A stretch of 51,696 nt of DNA from Acutalibacteraceae bacterium (GTDB lineage: Bacteria; Bacillota; Clostridia; Oscillospirales; Acutalibacteraceae), in contig JBJEIS010000095.1 in NCBI GenBank assembly GCA_051877275.1, positions 1 through 51,696 of the forward strand, written 5' to 3'. Made by a program: the position numbers and the translations under genes. Positions 1 to 9,436 of this stretch are shown here, one piece after another. Each line of letters starts with the position of its first letter. The stretch's first letter is position 1. The notes beneath the pieces were generated by a model. That model made no database searches and had not been told where the DNA came from. It was given only the letters and a program-made list of their open reading frames with translations.

Positions 1-18
1 TTCTAATAGGTTAGTTGC

Positions 19-47
19 ATTATACCACCTTTTTCCTACCTTGTCAA
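19..47 (-). promoter_or_regulatory. Consensus sigma-A type promoter firing leftward out of the window
   Basis: Minus strand reads TTGACA (47-42), a 17-nt spacer, then TATAAT (24-19). The transcribed gene lies outside the window. Confidence 0.5.
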
Positions 48-57
48 TAGGTAAAAT

Positions 58-100
58 GAAAATAATGCCGAATTTTTTTGAAAAAATCGGCATTATTTTT
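58..100 (-). terminator. Intrinsic terminator after the substrate-binding protein gene; the hairpin is usable in both directions
   Basis: Inverted repeat AATAATGCCGA / TCGGCATTATT with flanking A and T runs, a few nt beyond the stop at 104. Confidence 0.55.
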
Positions 101-103
101 CTA

Positions 104-1648
104 TTAATCCTTATTAATATACCTGAAATCAATTATTTTTCCGTCTAAAGAAGCTGAAAAATTATCAATATCCTTACTGCAGCTTATAGCGGTTGGAATT
201 GAAATCAGCGGATAAATTGTGCCCGAAGAAATAAGTTTTTCCTCCTCATTGTAAAGCTTTTCGATTGAATATTTATTAATTTTATCGGTAATTTTTAATT
301 CAGTCAAACACTCAAAGCTTGAAACTGCACTGTTATTCTCACTCGAAACAGGCAAAATTGCTAACAAAATTTCGCCTGTCTTTACACCTGCATTAATCTC
401 GTCAACCGATACCGCTTTAGAATTAATATATACATCCAAATCCTTTTGCCAACCCTGAACAATCAAGTTCGCAATAAGCTCAAGCTTTTCATTTCCCTGC
501 GGATAATAAATTGATTTATCCTTCAGGATTTCCGAAGCGCTTGTGTAATCACCTAACGCTTTTTCAGCCTTTTTAGAATTATATTCAGGAGGATTTATTT
601 CACCCGCATTTTCACGGTAATCCACTCCCTCAAACTTATTAATCGACGGAATAATACCGCTGACGGTTTTATAATAATCGGTAATATTAATTTTTATAGT
701 GCTGTAATCTATATCTGTAACCAATGCTTTTCTTAATGATGTACCGTTTGAAGAAACCAGCTTTGGTGATAAATATAAAACATAGTTTGTATTATAGTAC
801 AGAGAGGTTATATTTCCATCTTCTTTAAGACTTGAAATATAATCACAGTCAATTGTTCCGATATCCGTTTTGTTTTTAGAAAACTTACTGTAAATATCCT
901 CATAGTTTTCAGAATAAGAAATTGAAACCGACTGAGGTTTAGCGTAAAATTCTCCGTTATATTCGGAATTTCTGTAAAGAGAAACCGTTTTTTCATCTTT
1001 ATTATAAGTCGAAACTTTAAATGCACCGTTTGAAATTATATCGCTTTTTGAAAGGCCGTATTTACCGTTTGTACTTTCAAAAAACTCTTTGTTACAAGGG
1101 AAACAAATAGGTCTTGTAAGTGTTTCTGCAAATCCGTCGTCCGCTTTAGAAAGCGTAATTTTCAGCGTATTTCCATCTGCCGATACACCGAGACTTGACA
1201 TACTCATCTCGCCCCTGTTAATACTCTCTGCATTTTTTATACTGTAAAGCGAAGAAACATAACGCGCTCCTGTTGATTTTTTAACTGCCCTTTGAAAAGC
1301 GAATTCAAAATCCGCAGCAGTTACGGGCGTTTCGCCGTCAGACCACACAGCGTCATCGCGCAAAACAAAAGTATATGTTTTTTTATCAGATGAAACAGAA
1401 TACTCTTTTGCCATTCCGTTTACAATTTCTCCGTCGTTATTTTTAGTAAGTAAGCCTTCAAAACAATTATTTGCAACCGTAATTTCAGCCGAAGTGCTCG
1501 CAGTTTGCGGATCAAAGGTACTTATACTATCATAAGACGAAAAATAAACAGTTTTATCACTATATTTATCTTTTGTGCATGAAACGCAAGACAAACAAAC
1601 AAAAACACAAACTAAAAAAGCCAATATTTTTTTCAAATCTATCACCAT
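104..1648 (-). CDS. ABC transporter substrate-binding protein, family 5 (peptide/nickel, OppA/DppA-like), probable lipoprotein
   Basis: Hydrophobic signal peptide with Cys-containing end (LSCVSCTKDK). Family-5 SBP signature block AKEYSVSSDKKTYTFVLRDDAVWSDGETPVTAADFEFAFQR. Length is 514 aa. Confidence 0.8.
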   Translation of the reverse strand: MVIDLKKILAFLVCVFVCLSCVSCTKDKYSDKTVYFSSYDSISTFDPQTASTSAEITVANNCFEGLLTKNNDGEIVNGMAKEYSVSSDKKTYTFVLRDDAVWSDGETPVTAADFEFAFQRAVKKSTGARYVSSLYSIKNAESINRGEMSMSSLGVSADGNTLKITLSKADDGFAETLTRPICFPCNKEFFESTNGKYGLSKSDIISNGAFKVSTYNKDEKTVSLYRNSEYNGEFYAKPQSVSISYSENYEDIYSKFSKNKTDIGTIDCDYISSLKEDGNITSLYYNTNYVLYLSPKLVSSNGTSLRKALVTDIDYSTIKINITDYYKTVSGIIPSINKFEGVDYRENAGEINPPEYNSKKAEKALGDYTSASEILKDKSIYYPQGNEKLELIANLIVQGWQKDLDVYINSKAVSVDEINAGVKTGEILLAILPVSSENNSAVSSFECLTELKITDKINKYSIEKLYNEEEKLISSGTIYPLISIPTAISCSKDIDNFSASLDGKIIDFRYINKD

Positions 1649-1807
1649 TAATCATATTTCTCTCTATTAATATACTAATATTATATCTTAATATAATATA
1701 TATTTCAATAATAAGAATAAAAAATTGCAAAATATCTATTTATTTTTATGTTAGAATAAGGTATAATAAATATAATTTGAATTTCCGTATAAAGGAGACA
1801 ATAAATC

Positions 1808-3190
1808 GTGTTAGATACAAAGCTTACCGATAAATTACTTAAAGAAGCAAAAAATATACATCTTATTGGAATAGGCGGCGCAGGTATGTATCCTATTGCC
1901 GAAATCCTGCATACAAAAGGATACAAACTGACAGGTTCTGATAATAATGAATCCGACAAAACCGCTAAAGTCAGAAAAATGGGTATCCCTATAACAATGG
2001 GACATTATCCCGAAAATGTTGACGGTGCGGATTTGGTTATATACTCGGCTGCTATTTCAAAGGATAATCCCGAGCTTGTAGCCGCTGCCGAAAAAGGCAT
2101 TCCTACTATGGAGCGTTCTTATGCTTTGGGCGCACTTACCAGAAATTACGATAATGTTATAGGTGTTTGCGGCACTCACGGCAAAACCACTGTTACTTCT
2201 ATGATAACTCAAATTTTAGTTGAAAACGATTTTGACCCATCGGCTGTTATCGGCGGTAATTTGCCGCTGATTAATTCTTATGGTCTTGCCGGCAATTCAG
2301 ATATTTTAGTCTGCGAATCCTGCGAATATGTTGATACATTTTTAAAGCTCTCTCCGGATATTGCGGTTGTACTTAATATTGACCGTGACCATATGGAATA
2401 CTTTAAAACACTTGAACGACTAAAACAGTCATTCACTGATTTTTGCAACATGGCAAAGACTGTAATTGTAAACGGTGATGATGAAAACTCAATTTCTTCA
2501 ATGGAAAAAGTAAATTCCAAAATCATTACTTTCGGGCTAAATCCAAAAAATGATTATTACGCTGAAAACATAGTTTATAAAGCAAAAACCGCAGGTGAAT
2601 ATGACCTTTATCACAAAGGCGAGTTTGTTTCGCATATTGAGGTTAACGCACCGGGCAAGCATAATATTTTAAACTCTCTTGCCGCTGCCGCAGCATGCCA
2701 CTTTGTAGGTGCTTCAGGCGAACAGATTGCCAAATCATTACCGCATTTCACGGGTGCAGGCAGAAGATTTGAAATCTTATACAAAAGCGATAAGCTCACT
2801 ATTGCAGATGACTACGCTCATCACCCAAAAGAGCTCGAAGTAACGCTCAATGCAGCAATGCAGATGGGTTACAATAAGGTAATTGCAGTTTTTCAGCCCT
2901 TTACTTATTCAAGAACAAAAATGTTATTTGATGACTTTGTAAAAGTTCTTAAAATTCCTGATATTTGTCTTTTAACCGAAATTATGGGTTCAAGAGAAAC
3001 CGATAATTTAGGCGTTTATTCTTCGCAATTGGCAGAAAAAATACCAAAATGCGAATGGTTTAATACCTTTGATGAGATTGCGCAGCGCGCATTACAGCTT
3101 GCTGAAGAAAATGATTTGATTATAACGCTCGGCTGCGGCGATATTTACAAAGCAGCAAAAATCATGATAAAAAAATTGGAGGAAAAATAA
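1808..3190 (+). CDS. murC: UDP-N-acetylmuramate--L-alanine ligase
   Basis: N-terminal Rossmann motif IHLIGIGGAGM and Mur ligase P-loop GTHGKTT. GTG start 9 nt after AAAGGAGA. Confidence 0.92.
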   Translation: MLDTKLTDKLLKEAKNIHLIGIGGAGMYPIAEILHTKGYKLTGSDNNESDKTAKVRKMGIPITMGHYPENVDGADLVIYSAAISKDNPELVAAAEKGIPTMERSYALGALTRNYDNVIGVCGTHGKTTVTSMITQILVENDFDPSAVIGGNLPLINSYGLAGNSDILVCESCEYVDTFLKLSPDIAVVLNIDRDHMEYFKTLERLKQSFTDFCNMAKTVIVNGDDENSISSMEKVNSKIITFGLNPKNDYYAENIVYKAKTAGEYDLYHKGEFVSHIEVNAPGKHNILNSLAAAAACHFVGASGEQIAKSLPHFTGAGRRFEILYKSDKLTIADDYAHHPKELEVTLNAAMQMGYNKVIAVFQPFTYSRTKMLFDDFVKVLKIPDICLLTEIMGSRETDNLGVYSSQLAEKIPKCEWFNTFDEIAQRALQLAEENDLIITLGCGDIYKAAKIMIKKLEEK

Positions 3191-3192
3191 AA

Positions 3193-4464
3193 ATGAGCAG
3201 AATTGATACAAAATGCGTAACTGAAGGATATAACCCTGAAAACGGTCAGGCAGGTGCTTTACCTATTTATCAAAGCACTACTTTTAAATATGACAGCGTT
3301 GACACATTAGGTGATTTATTTGACCTTAAAATCGGCGGCCATTTTTATACTCGCCTTTCAAACCCAACTAACGAAGCTGTTGAGAAAAAACTGAACTCAC
3401 TTGAGGGCGGCGTCGGCGCAATGGTTACATCTGCAGGACAGGCGGCTTCGCTTATCGCATTTACGAATATTTGCGGTGCCGGCGACCACATTATTTCTGC
3501 CTCTGCTATTTACGGCGGTACATTTAATCTTCTTGATGTTACGCTTCGTAAGCTTGGTATTGAAACAACTTTTGTTGATGTAAACATTTCAGAGGAAGAA
3601 TTAAATTCACTTGTTAAAGACAACACAAAATTAATCTTCGGTGAAACTCTTACCAACCCATCTCTTGATGTGCTTGATATCGAAAAATTCGCTAAAGTCG
3701 CTCATCAAAATAAAATTCCGCTTATTGTTGATAACACTTTCCCTACTCCTGCACTTTGCAGACCTTTTGAATTTGGTGCTGATATTGTTATACATTCAAC
3801 AAGCAAATATCTTGACGGTCATGCTGTTTCACTCGGAGGTGCAATCGTAGACAGCGGTAATTTTGATTGGAAAGCAAGCGGAAAATTCCCGGGGCTTACT
3901 ACTCCTGATGAATCTTACCACGGCGTTGTTTACACCGAAAACTTTGGAAAAGCAGCATATATCACCAAAGCAAGAACACAGCTTATGCGTGACCTCGGCG
4001 CGCAGATGAGCCCATTTAACGCTTTTCTATTAAACATGAATATGCAGACGCTTTGTGTAAGAATGGAAAAGCATTGCAAAAATGCACAAACAGTTGCTGA
4101 ATTTTTGGAAAACAACGATAAGATTGCATGGGTAAACTACCCGGGACTTAAAGATAACAAGTATCACGAAAGAGCAATGAAATATTTGCCTAACGGTCAG
4201 GCAGGTGTAATTTCATTTGGTGTTAAAGGCGGAAAAGAAGCTTCAAAGAAATTTATGGAGAGCTTAAAGCACTGTACTATGGAAATACATGTCGCAGATA
4301 TTAAAACCTGTTGTTTGCATCCGGCATCAACAACACACCGTCAATTAACTGATCAACAGCTTATTGAATGCGGAGTATCACCTGACCTTATCAGAATGTC
4401 AATCGGTATTGAAAATGCCGATGATATTATTGATGATATAAAGCAAGCGCTTGAAACTCTTTAA
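3193..4464 (+). CDS. metY: O-acetylhomoserine sulfhydrylase (PLP-dependent Cys/Met metabolism family)
   Basis: YTRLSNPT motif and PLP-lysine block HSTSKYLDGH. Length is 423 aa. The start lies 2 nt after the murC stop. Confidence 0.85.
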   Translation: MSRIDTKCVTEGYNPENGQAGALPIYQSTTFKYDSVDTLGDLFDLKIGGHFYTRLSNPTNEAVEKKLNSLEGGVGAMVTSAGQAASLIAFTNICGAGDHIISASAIYGGTFNLLDVTLRKLGIETTFVDVNISEEELNSLVKDNTKLIFGETLTNPSLDVLDIEKFAKVAHQNKIPLIVDNTFPTPALCRPFEFGADIVIHSTSKYLDGHAVSLGGAIVDSGNFDWKASGKFPGLTTPDESYHGVVYTENFGKAAYITKARTQLMRDLGAQMSPFNAFLLNMNMQTLCVRMEKHCKNAQTVAEFLENNDKIAWVNYPGLKDNKYHERAMKYLPNGQAGVISFGVKGGKEASKKFMESLKHCTMEIHVADIKTCCLHPASTTHRQLTDQQLIECGVSPDLIRMSIGIENADDIIDDIKQALETL

Positions 4465-4478
4465 TTTTTTTAATAATA

Positions 4479-4524
4479 AAAACCCACGATTGAAGATAAG
4501 TTTTTCAATCGTGGGTTTTGTGTT
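4479..4524 (+). terminator. Intrinsic terminator of murC-metY
   Basis: 12-bp stem CCCACGATTGAA / TTCAATCGTGGG followed by TTTTGTGTTT. Confidence 0.8.
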
Positions 4525-4530
4525 TGATAC

Positions 4531-4566
4531 AAAAAACTCGGTATTATTAAAATACCGAGTTTTTTA
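4531..4566 (-). terminator. Intrinsic terminator of the 963-aa surface protein gene (bidirectional hairpin)
   Basis: Stem CTCGGTATT / AATACCGAG flanked by A6 and T6 runs, 10 nt beyond the stop at 4576. Confidence 0.8.
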
Positions 4567-4575
4567 ATTAATCAA

Positions 4576-7467
4576 TTATTTTTTCTTTTTTCTGGTTTTA
4601 ATGATAGCATATCCTGCTAATCCTGCAACAAGTAATGAAACCATTGGGAATGCAATATCACCTGTTAACGGACTGCCGCCATCACCGCCATCGGCTCCGT
4701 TAGCTCCTGAACCGTAAAGCTTTTCATATACATCTGCTTCAAGCATACTGATTTTAGCATAGTCAATACCGTATTTTTCTTCACAGTATTTCTGAGTAGC
4801 TTCAGATGCTTTTGTCCAAGCTTTGATAAATGCAGCGAGCTTTTTATAATCAGCATCGGTATTGTAATCATCTACTGAAAGACCAGGTAAAGCGTCATAT
4901 AATTTCTTGATTTTCTTTGCATCACTCAAGCTGAAAGGTCTTGTAACATTTACAGTAGTTGTAAGGTCGGTATTTTTATTACCCGGTACATAAATTGCAG
5001 AGTATCTAACCTGTACATCTGTAATACCGCAAGTATTGTTGTTACCACCCTGCTCTTTGTTTGCCATATTAGCATAGTTCTGACCAACAATACGAACAGC
5101 AGTAATATTTTCAACTTCAAGCTCTGAAACATCCAAATAAATAGTTTTCTTTTCGCCAGGCTGAACAAATGTAGCAGAGCTAACAGATACGTCCTCAGTT
5201 CCTACATTACCGTGAATAGCAGCCATAACTTCAACGCCGGAATTTTCATTTTGAACAGTTTTGCCGTTTTTCTGGCACCAAGCTTTATAAGTTGAATTAT
5301 AGATGTTTTTATATCCGTGAACACTGCTTAATACATAAACATCAATAGCAAGGAAACCTTTTTTCTGCGGATCAGGATTCTCTTTAGCATATTTAAGACC
5401 ATTTCTCATTTGCTCTGTGAAATCATATTTTTCACCTTGAGCAGTCTGATTTTTGTGGTCACCGCCGTTTTGAAGAAGACGAGCGTCTTCATCAGCGCCT
5501 GAAACATGATAATAAGCCTGATTCTGTAACTGAACTCTTGGATACGGGCTCTTCATTTCAACCTCATAACCGCCTGAAACTAATGATTTTGCATCATTAA
5601 ACTGCTGTTTATAAGTTGAGTCGCCGTTAACCTTTACACTCGGGTTATTTCTGTCTTTATAACCCTGTTTCATATCATCTTTATCGTAGTCTTTATCAAC
5701 GATTTCATAGCTGTCATAATAATCTGCAGAAAGATAATTTACAAATGAAGCATGAGTACCCCAGCCGTATGTTTCAGCATAAGCCTGAGGAGTAAAATCA
5801 TAGAAATGATAACCTGCATACTCATAATCGCCGTTACCTGCTGTGGTTTTTGAAGTAGCTTTTGTAGTTACTGTAAGTGAACCACCTGCAGTAAACGGAG
5901 AAATAAAGCCCTCAATATCTTTCATTGTTCTGGTAGTAAGCTGTTTGTTTTTAACTTTAGAAGTAACATCAACATCTTTTCTTCCGTCTGAACAATCTGC
6001 TAAAATCTTAACAACATCATCTTCTGTTTTCAATGCGCCGCCTGTGCCGTCATCATAACCCAAGAAATCCTTGGTCTCTTCATCATATTTAGCAGTTAAA
6101 AGATTATTGTCTTTATCATATTTTCTAGCTTTATCTGTATCATAGAAAACATCCTCTGATGCATCATAATACCAGAATGCCATTAACGCCATTTTAAGTG
6201 ATTCAACAGAGTTTACAGTAAGCTCTGAAGTATCAATTTCAAACTCGAACTCTTTATTAGGTTCAACGAATGTTTTTACAGGAGTTACAGACTTGCCGTC
6301 ATAAGTGTAATACTGAATTTCCAATTCAGCAACCATAGATTTGCCTTCGGTATCTTTAATAACCGGGAACTTACCTTTTACTGTAAGCTTTTTGCTTCCG
6401 CCAGGCTGATTAGCTGTAACTATGGCTTTATTAAATGCGTCTCTGTCAAGGTTAAAGAATAAATTAATCTGTTTATTGCTGGCTGCATTCATATTTTTAA
6501 AATAAACCCAACCTGCTTTGTTGCCTATTGATTTATATGTGTTTGCATCGTATCCGCCTTCTGCACTATATTTAATAGTACCTGGGGTATTAGCATAGTC
6601 AGCTTTTAAATAATGTTTTGACCAATCTGTCATTGACACTACTTCTCCGTCACCGGCAGGAGCAGGTTCTTCAAAAGCTTTAATTTTCGGAACGCCGTCA
6701 TATGCGATACTTGAAATCTCCATTGATGCGTCTACCGCACTAAAGTTGTAAAGCGAAATAATTATGCTTTCTACATTATCAAGATTTTCAAGAGGCTTAT
6801 CATTTTCATCAACAAATTTAACAGCTTTATTGATACTCTGCTGATAGCACTGATAGTTGTTTTTGCCTAATGTAGTTAATTTAATATATCTTGAATAGCT
6901 TTGGCTTTCTTTTGTTTCTGTATAAGGTGTTTTGAATTTAGTATAAATTCTTAACTGACAGTTTGTAAACTCACCTACAAAAGTTCCGCTCGGTACAGCT
7001 GCTTTTGTAAGATAATAAGACATATAGAATGTACTATTCTCAGCCTTTGAATAATTCTCTCTCATTTCATCAGTTACAGGAATTTCAAGGTTTGCACCAA
7101 ACTGATCACCGGTTTTAGAAAGAGTAATAGAATTATCACTGTTAGCCTTTACTGAGCTTCCTGCTGTTGTAGCGGTTTTACCGTCTTTGTTATATACATA
7201 TTCCGTTGCTTTCTCAAGCTCTTCACCGTAAAGCTTTGTCATTTCATCACATGTTAACCATTTTGCCTGTTTAAGCATATCATCTGTGAAGGTCAATAAA
7301 TTCTTTGCCTCACCTGTTAATTGTTTTTGTGTTGTAGCTGTGCTTACGGTTGTAGTACCTGTGCTTCCCGAAGTACCTGTTTCTGCAAACGCAGACATAA
7401 GACCCATTGAGCCGAACATTACAAGTACAGCCATAACCAAACAAAGCATTCTTTTGGAATTTTTCAT
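4576..7467 (-). CDS. Large secreted cell-wall-sorted surface protein of unknown function
   Basis: N-terminal signal peptide (MLCLVMAVLVMFGSMGLMSAFA) followed by a Thr/Ser/Gly-rich linker. C-terminal tripartite sorting signal: SPLTG, a hydrophobic helix, then KTRKKKK. I recognise no catalytic motif. Confidence 0.75.
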   Translation of the reverse strand: MKNSKRMLCLVMAVLVMFGSMGLMSAFAETGTSGSTGTTTVSTATTQKQLTGEAKNLLTFTDDMLKQAKWLTCDEMTKLYGEELEKATEYVYNKDGKTATTAGSSVKANSDNSITLSKTGDQFGANLEIPVTDEMRENYSKAENSTFYMSYYLTKAAVPSGTFVGEFTNCQLRIYTKFKTPYTETKESQSYSRYIKLTTLGKNNYQCYQQSINKAVKFVDENDKPLENLDNVESIIISLYNFSAVDASMEISSIAYDGVPKIKAFEEPAPAGDGEVVSMTDWSKHYLKADYANTPGTIKYSAEGGYDANTYKSIGNKAGWVYFKNMNAASNKQINLFFNLDRDAFNKAIVTANQPGGSKKLTVKGKFPVIKDTEGKSMVAELEIQYYTYDGKSVTPVKTFVEPNKEFEFEIDTSELTVNSVESLKMALMAFWYYDASEDVFYDTDKARKYDKDNNLLTAKYDEETKDFLGYDDGTGGALKTEDDVVKILADCSDGRKDVDVTSKVKNKQLTTRTMKDIEGFISPFTAGGSLTVTTKATSKTTAGNGDYEYAGYHFYDFTPQAYAETYGWGTHASFVNYLSADYYDSYEIVDKDYDKDDMKQGYKDRNNPSVKVNGDSTYKQQFNDAKSLVSGGYEVEMKSPYPRVQLQNQAYYHVSGADEDARLLQNGGDHKNQTAQGEKYDFTEQMRNGLKYAKENPDPQKKGFLAIDVYVLSSVHGYKNIYNSTYKAWCQKNGKTVQNENSGVEVMAAIHGNVGTEDVSVSSATFVQPGEKKTIYLDVSELEVENITAVRIVGQNYANMANKEQGGNNNTCGITDVQVRYSAIYVPGNKNTDLTTTVNVTRPFSLSDAKKIKKLYDALPGLSVDDYNTDADYKKLAAFIKAWTKASEATQKYCEEKYGIDYAKISMLEADVYEKLYGSGANGADGGDGGSPLTGDIAFPMVSLLVAGLAGYAIIKTRKKKK
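4660..4674 (-). other. SPxTG-type sortase recognition motif (S-P-L-T-G)
   Basis: Minus-strand codons AGT CCG TTA ACA GGT. They sit 27 aa from the C-terminus, followed by a hydrophobic stretch and a basic tail. Confidence 0.7.
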
Positions 7468-7533
7468 TTAATAAAAGCCTCCTGAAAATATTAGTTTTAA
7501 AATATGGGAACAAATCCCCTTTATACGTAATTA

Positions 7534-7562
7534 ATTATATCAAATACACTTTTGAAATTCAA
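7534..7562 (-). promoter_or_regulatory. Sigma-A type promoter of the surface protein gene
   Basis: Minus strand reads TTGAAT (7562-7557), a 17-nt spacer, then TATAAT (7539-7534), about 65 nt upstream of the ATG. Confidence 0.5.
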
Positions 7563-7643
7563 CTTGATTTTTAAAAAACTATATTATGCACAAAAACCCC
7601 TTGTATAAATTGTGCAAATCAACTAATCCTTGTCTTGATTCAT

Positions 7644-7680
7644 TAAAAAAAGCTTCCGAAAAAATTCGGAAGCTTTTTTA
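7644..7680 (-). terminator. Intrinsic terminator after bioY (bidirectional)
   Basis: Stem AAGCTTCCGAA / TTCGGAAGCTT flanked by A and T runs. Confidence 0.8.
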
Positions 7681-7686
7681 ATTTTT

Positions 7687-8238
7687 TTATTTGCATATTG
7701 GTTTTAATCTCGGCGCAATTAATATTGCAATAATCGCCTTAATAATATCAAAAGGAATAAAAGGGAAAACGCACATACCGAGTGCAGACCATAAACCTAC
7801 GGCTGAGCCTTTAACGCTCATAACTATCATAAAATGCGCAGTACCTACCACATAGCAAACTAAAATAGCAACTAAACAACCAAGCATTGTAAACATTCCG
7901 CTTGAAAGTGTTTTATTAAGGCATTTTGATGCAATTCCGATAATAGGAACCATTAAAATATACGAATAAATATATCCGCCTGTCGGACCTGCTAAAATTC
8001 CGATGCCGCCCTGGAAATTCGAAAATACCGGAAGTCCGATTGCGCCTAAAATAATGAACAATACTACCGAAATAATTCCTCTTTTTGTTCCCAAAATCAT
8101 AGCGGTAACCATAATACCAAAAGTACCGAGTGTTACCGGCACTATTCCCGTAGGAATTGTAATCATACTGCAAATACAGCAAACAGCCGCAAACAGCGCG
8201 CAAAGCACCATATCTTTTACACTAAATTTTTTACTCAT
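7687..8238 (-). CDS. bioY: Biotin transporter, ECF S-component BioY
   Basis: 183-aa polytopic membrane protein with the BioY-type block TLGTFGIMVTAMILG...GLPVFSNFQGGIGILAGPTGGYI. It overlaps the birA stop. Confidence 0.85.
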   Translation of the reverse strand: MSKKFSVKDMVLCALFAAVCCICSMITIPTGIVPVTLGTFGIMVTAMILGTKRGIISVVLFIILGAIGLPVFSNFQGGIGILAGPTGGYIYSYILMVPIIGIASKCLNKTLSSGMFTMLGCLVAILVCYVVGTAHFMIVMSVKGSAVGLWSALGMCVFPFIPFDIIKAIIAILIAPRLKPICK

Positions 8239-9205
8239 TTTTTACACCTCTTAAATTAATACTAACCTCTCCCGAATAAAGCTTTTCAAGCGTTTTATCA
8301 GGATATTCAACTAAAAGCTTTGCATTTTCATCAATGTCAATTGCTTTAGCCTCAATACTTTTACCGTCTTTTAATACATTAATTTTTTTGCCTATTATAA
8401 GTGATTTTTCTTTATACTTTTTCATAAAATCACTATTTTCTATGTTATTATAAATATCGAAAAAATTATTAATTACATTTTGCGTAAGTTTTAGCTTAAC
8501 ATCGCTTTCAGGCTCTGTTTCAAAAACAGTTCCCGCAATATTCTCAATCTCTTTCGGGAATCCGTCAGGATTATAAATATTTATGCCGATACCCAAAACC
8601 GCGTAATTCAAACCGCCCGATTCCAAATCCATAGCGGCTTCGGTCAAAATTCCGCAAACTTTTTTGTCATCGATAAAAACATCATTGACCCATTTGATTT
8701 TTGCTTTTTTACCGCTGACACTTTCAATAGCTTCGGCTACTGCAACTGCGGCGGCAGTTGTTATAAACAGTGATTTTTCAGCAGGAAACTTCGGCTTTAA
8801 TAAAATGCTTAAATACAATCCGTTTTGAGAATAAAAGCTTCTGCCCATTCTTCCCTTGCCGCCTGTTTGTGTATTCGCGATTACTACCGTATTTTCTTGT
8901 GCGCCCTTTTCAGCAAGCTTTTTTAAATAATTATTAGTAGAATCAATGCTTTCGAGCAAAATAACATTACATTTATTATTCAAGACACTTTCAAGCGAAG
9001 TTGCCGAAAACAAACTGCTTTCTTCCTTTAGGCAATAGCCCTTGTTAGTAACGGCGTCAATTTTATAGCCGTCATCTTTAAGCGATTTTATTGCTTTCCA
9101 AACCGCATTTCTTGAACAAAATAGTTCTTTTGCCAGCTGCTCGCCTGAAACGCTCTCGCCTTTTTTATTAATAAGTGCTTCTAAAACCTGTTGTTTTATC
9201 GTCAT
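8231..9205 (-). CDS. birA: Bifunctional biotin--[acetyl-CoA-carboxylase] ligase / biotin operon repressor
   Basis: N-terminal wHTH (SGEQLAKELFCSRNAVWKAIKSLK) and biotin-ligase loop GGKGRMGRSF. Length is 324 aa. Confidence 0.9.
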   Translation of the reverse strand: MTIKQQVLEALINKKGESVSGEQLAKELFCSRNAVWKAIKSLKDDGYKIDAVTNKGYCLKEESSLFSATSLESVLNNKCNVILLESIDSTNNYLKKLAEKGAQENTVVIANTQTGGKGRMGRSFYSQNGLYLSILLKPKFPAEKSLFITTAAAVAVAEAIESVSGKKAKIKWVNDVFIDDKKVCGILTEAAMDLESGGLNYAVLGIGINIYNPDGFPKEIENIAGTVFETEPESDVKLKLTQNVINNFFDIYNNIENSDFMKKYKEKSLIIGKKINVLKDGKSIEAKAIDIDENAKLLVEYPDKTLEKLYSGEVSINLRGVKNE

Positions 9206-9222
9206 TTATCTCACCGCTACCA

Positions 9223-9252
9223 ATAATAACTCAACACGGAAGAATTGTCAAC
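9223..9252 (-). promoter_or_regulatory. Probable birA-bioY promoter
   Basis: Minus strand reads TTGACA (9252-9247), an 18-nt spacer, then TATTAT (9228-9223). The -35 lies inside the BirA operator half-site. Confidence 0.5.
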
Positions 9253-9275
9253 CGTAAAAATAAAATGGGTGACAA
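9245..9275. promoter_or_regulatory. BirA operator (imperfect inverted repeat)
   Basis: TTGTCAACC, 13 nt, GGGTGACAA. The arms match 8 of 9 positions. It resembles the Firmicute BirA box TGTnAACC...GGTTnACA as I remember it, and sits directly upstream of birA-bioY. Confidence 0.7.
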
Positions 9276-9281
9276 TCAATC

Positions 9282-9310
9282 TTGACAAATTCATAAATAA
9301 GGTATATAAT
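9282..9310 (+). promoter_or_regulatory. Consensus sigma-A promoter of the thiT leader
   Basis: TTGACA (9282-9287), a 17-nt spacer, then TATAAT (9305-9310). Confidence 0.7.
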
Positions 9311-9317
9311 GTCGAAA

Positions 9318-9420
9318 GACAAATGAAAAGGGGTGCTGAGGCTGCTCGGCTGAGATTTAGCAATTATGCTGCTATGACCCTATAACCTGATACGGATAAT
9401 ACCGGCGTAGGAATTTCTAA
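9318..9420 (+). promoter_or_regulatory. TPP (THI-box) riboswitch
   Basis: Conserved blocks GGGGTGC, GCTGAGA, ACCC and AACCTGATACGGATAATACCGGCGTAGGAA in canonical order. It lies upstream of a thiamine transporter gene. Confidence 0.9.
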
Positions 9421-9436
9421 ATATCAAGGAGTTTTA

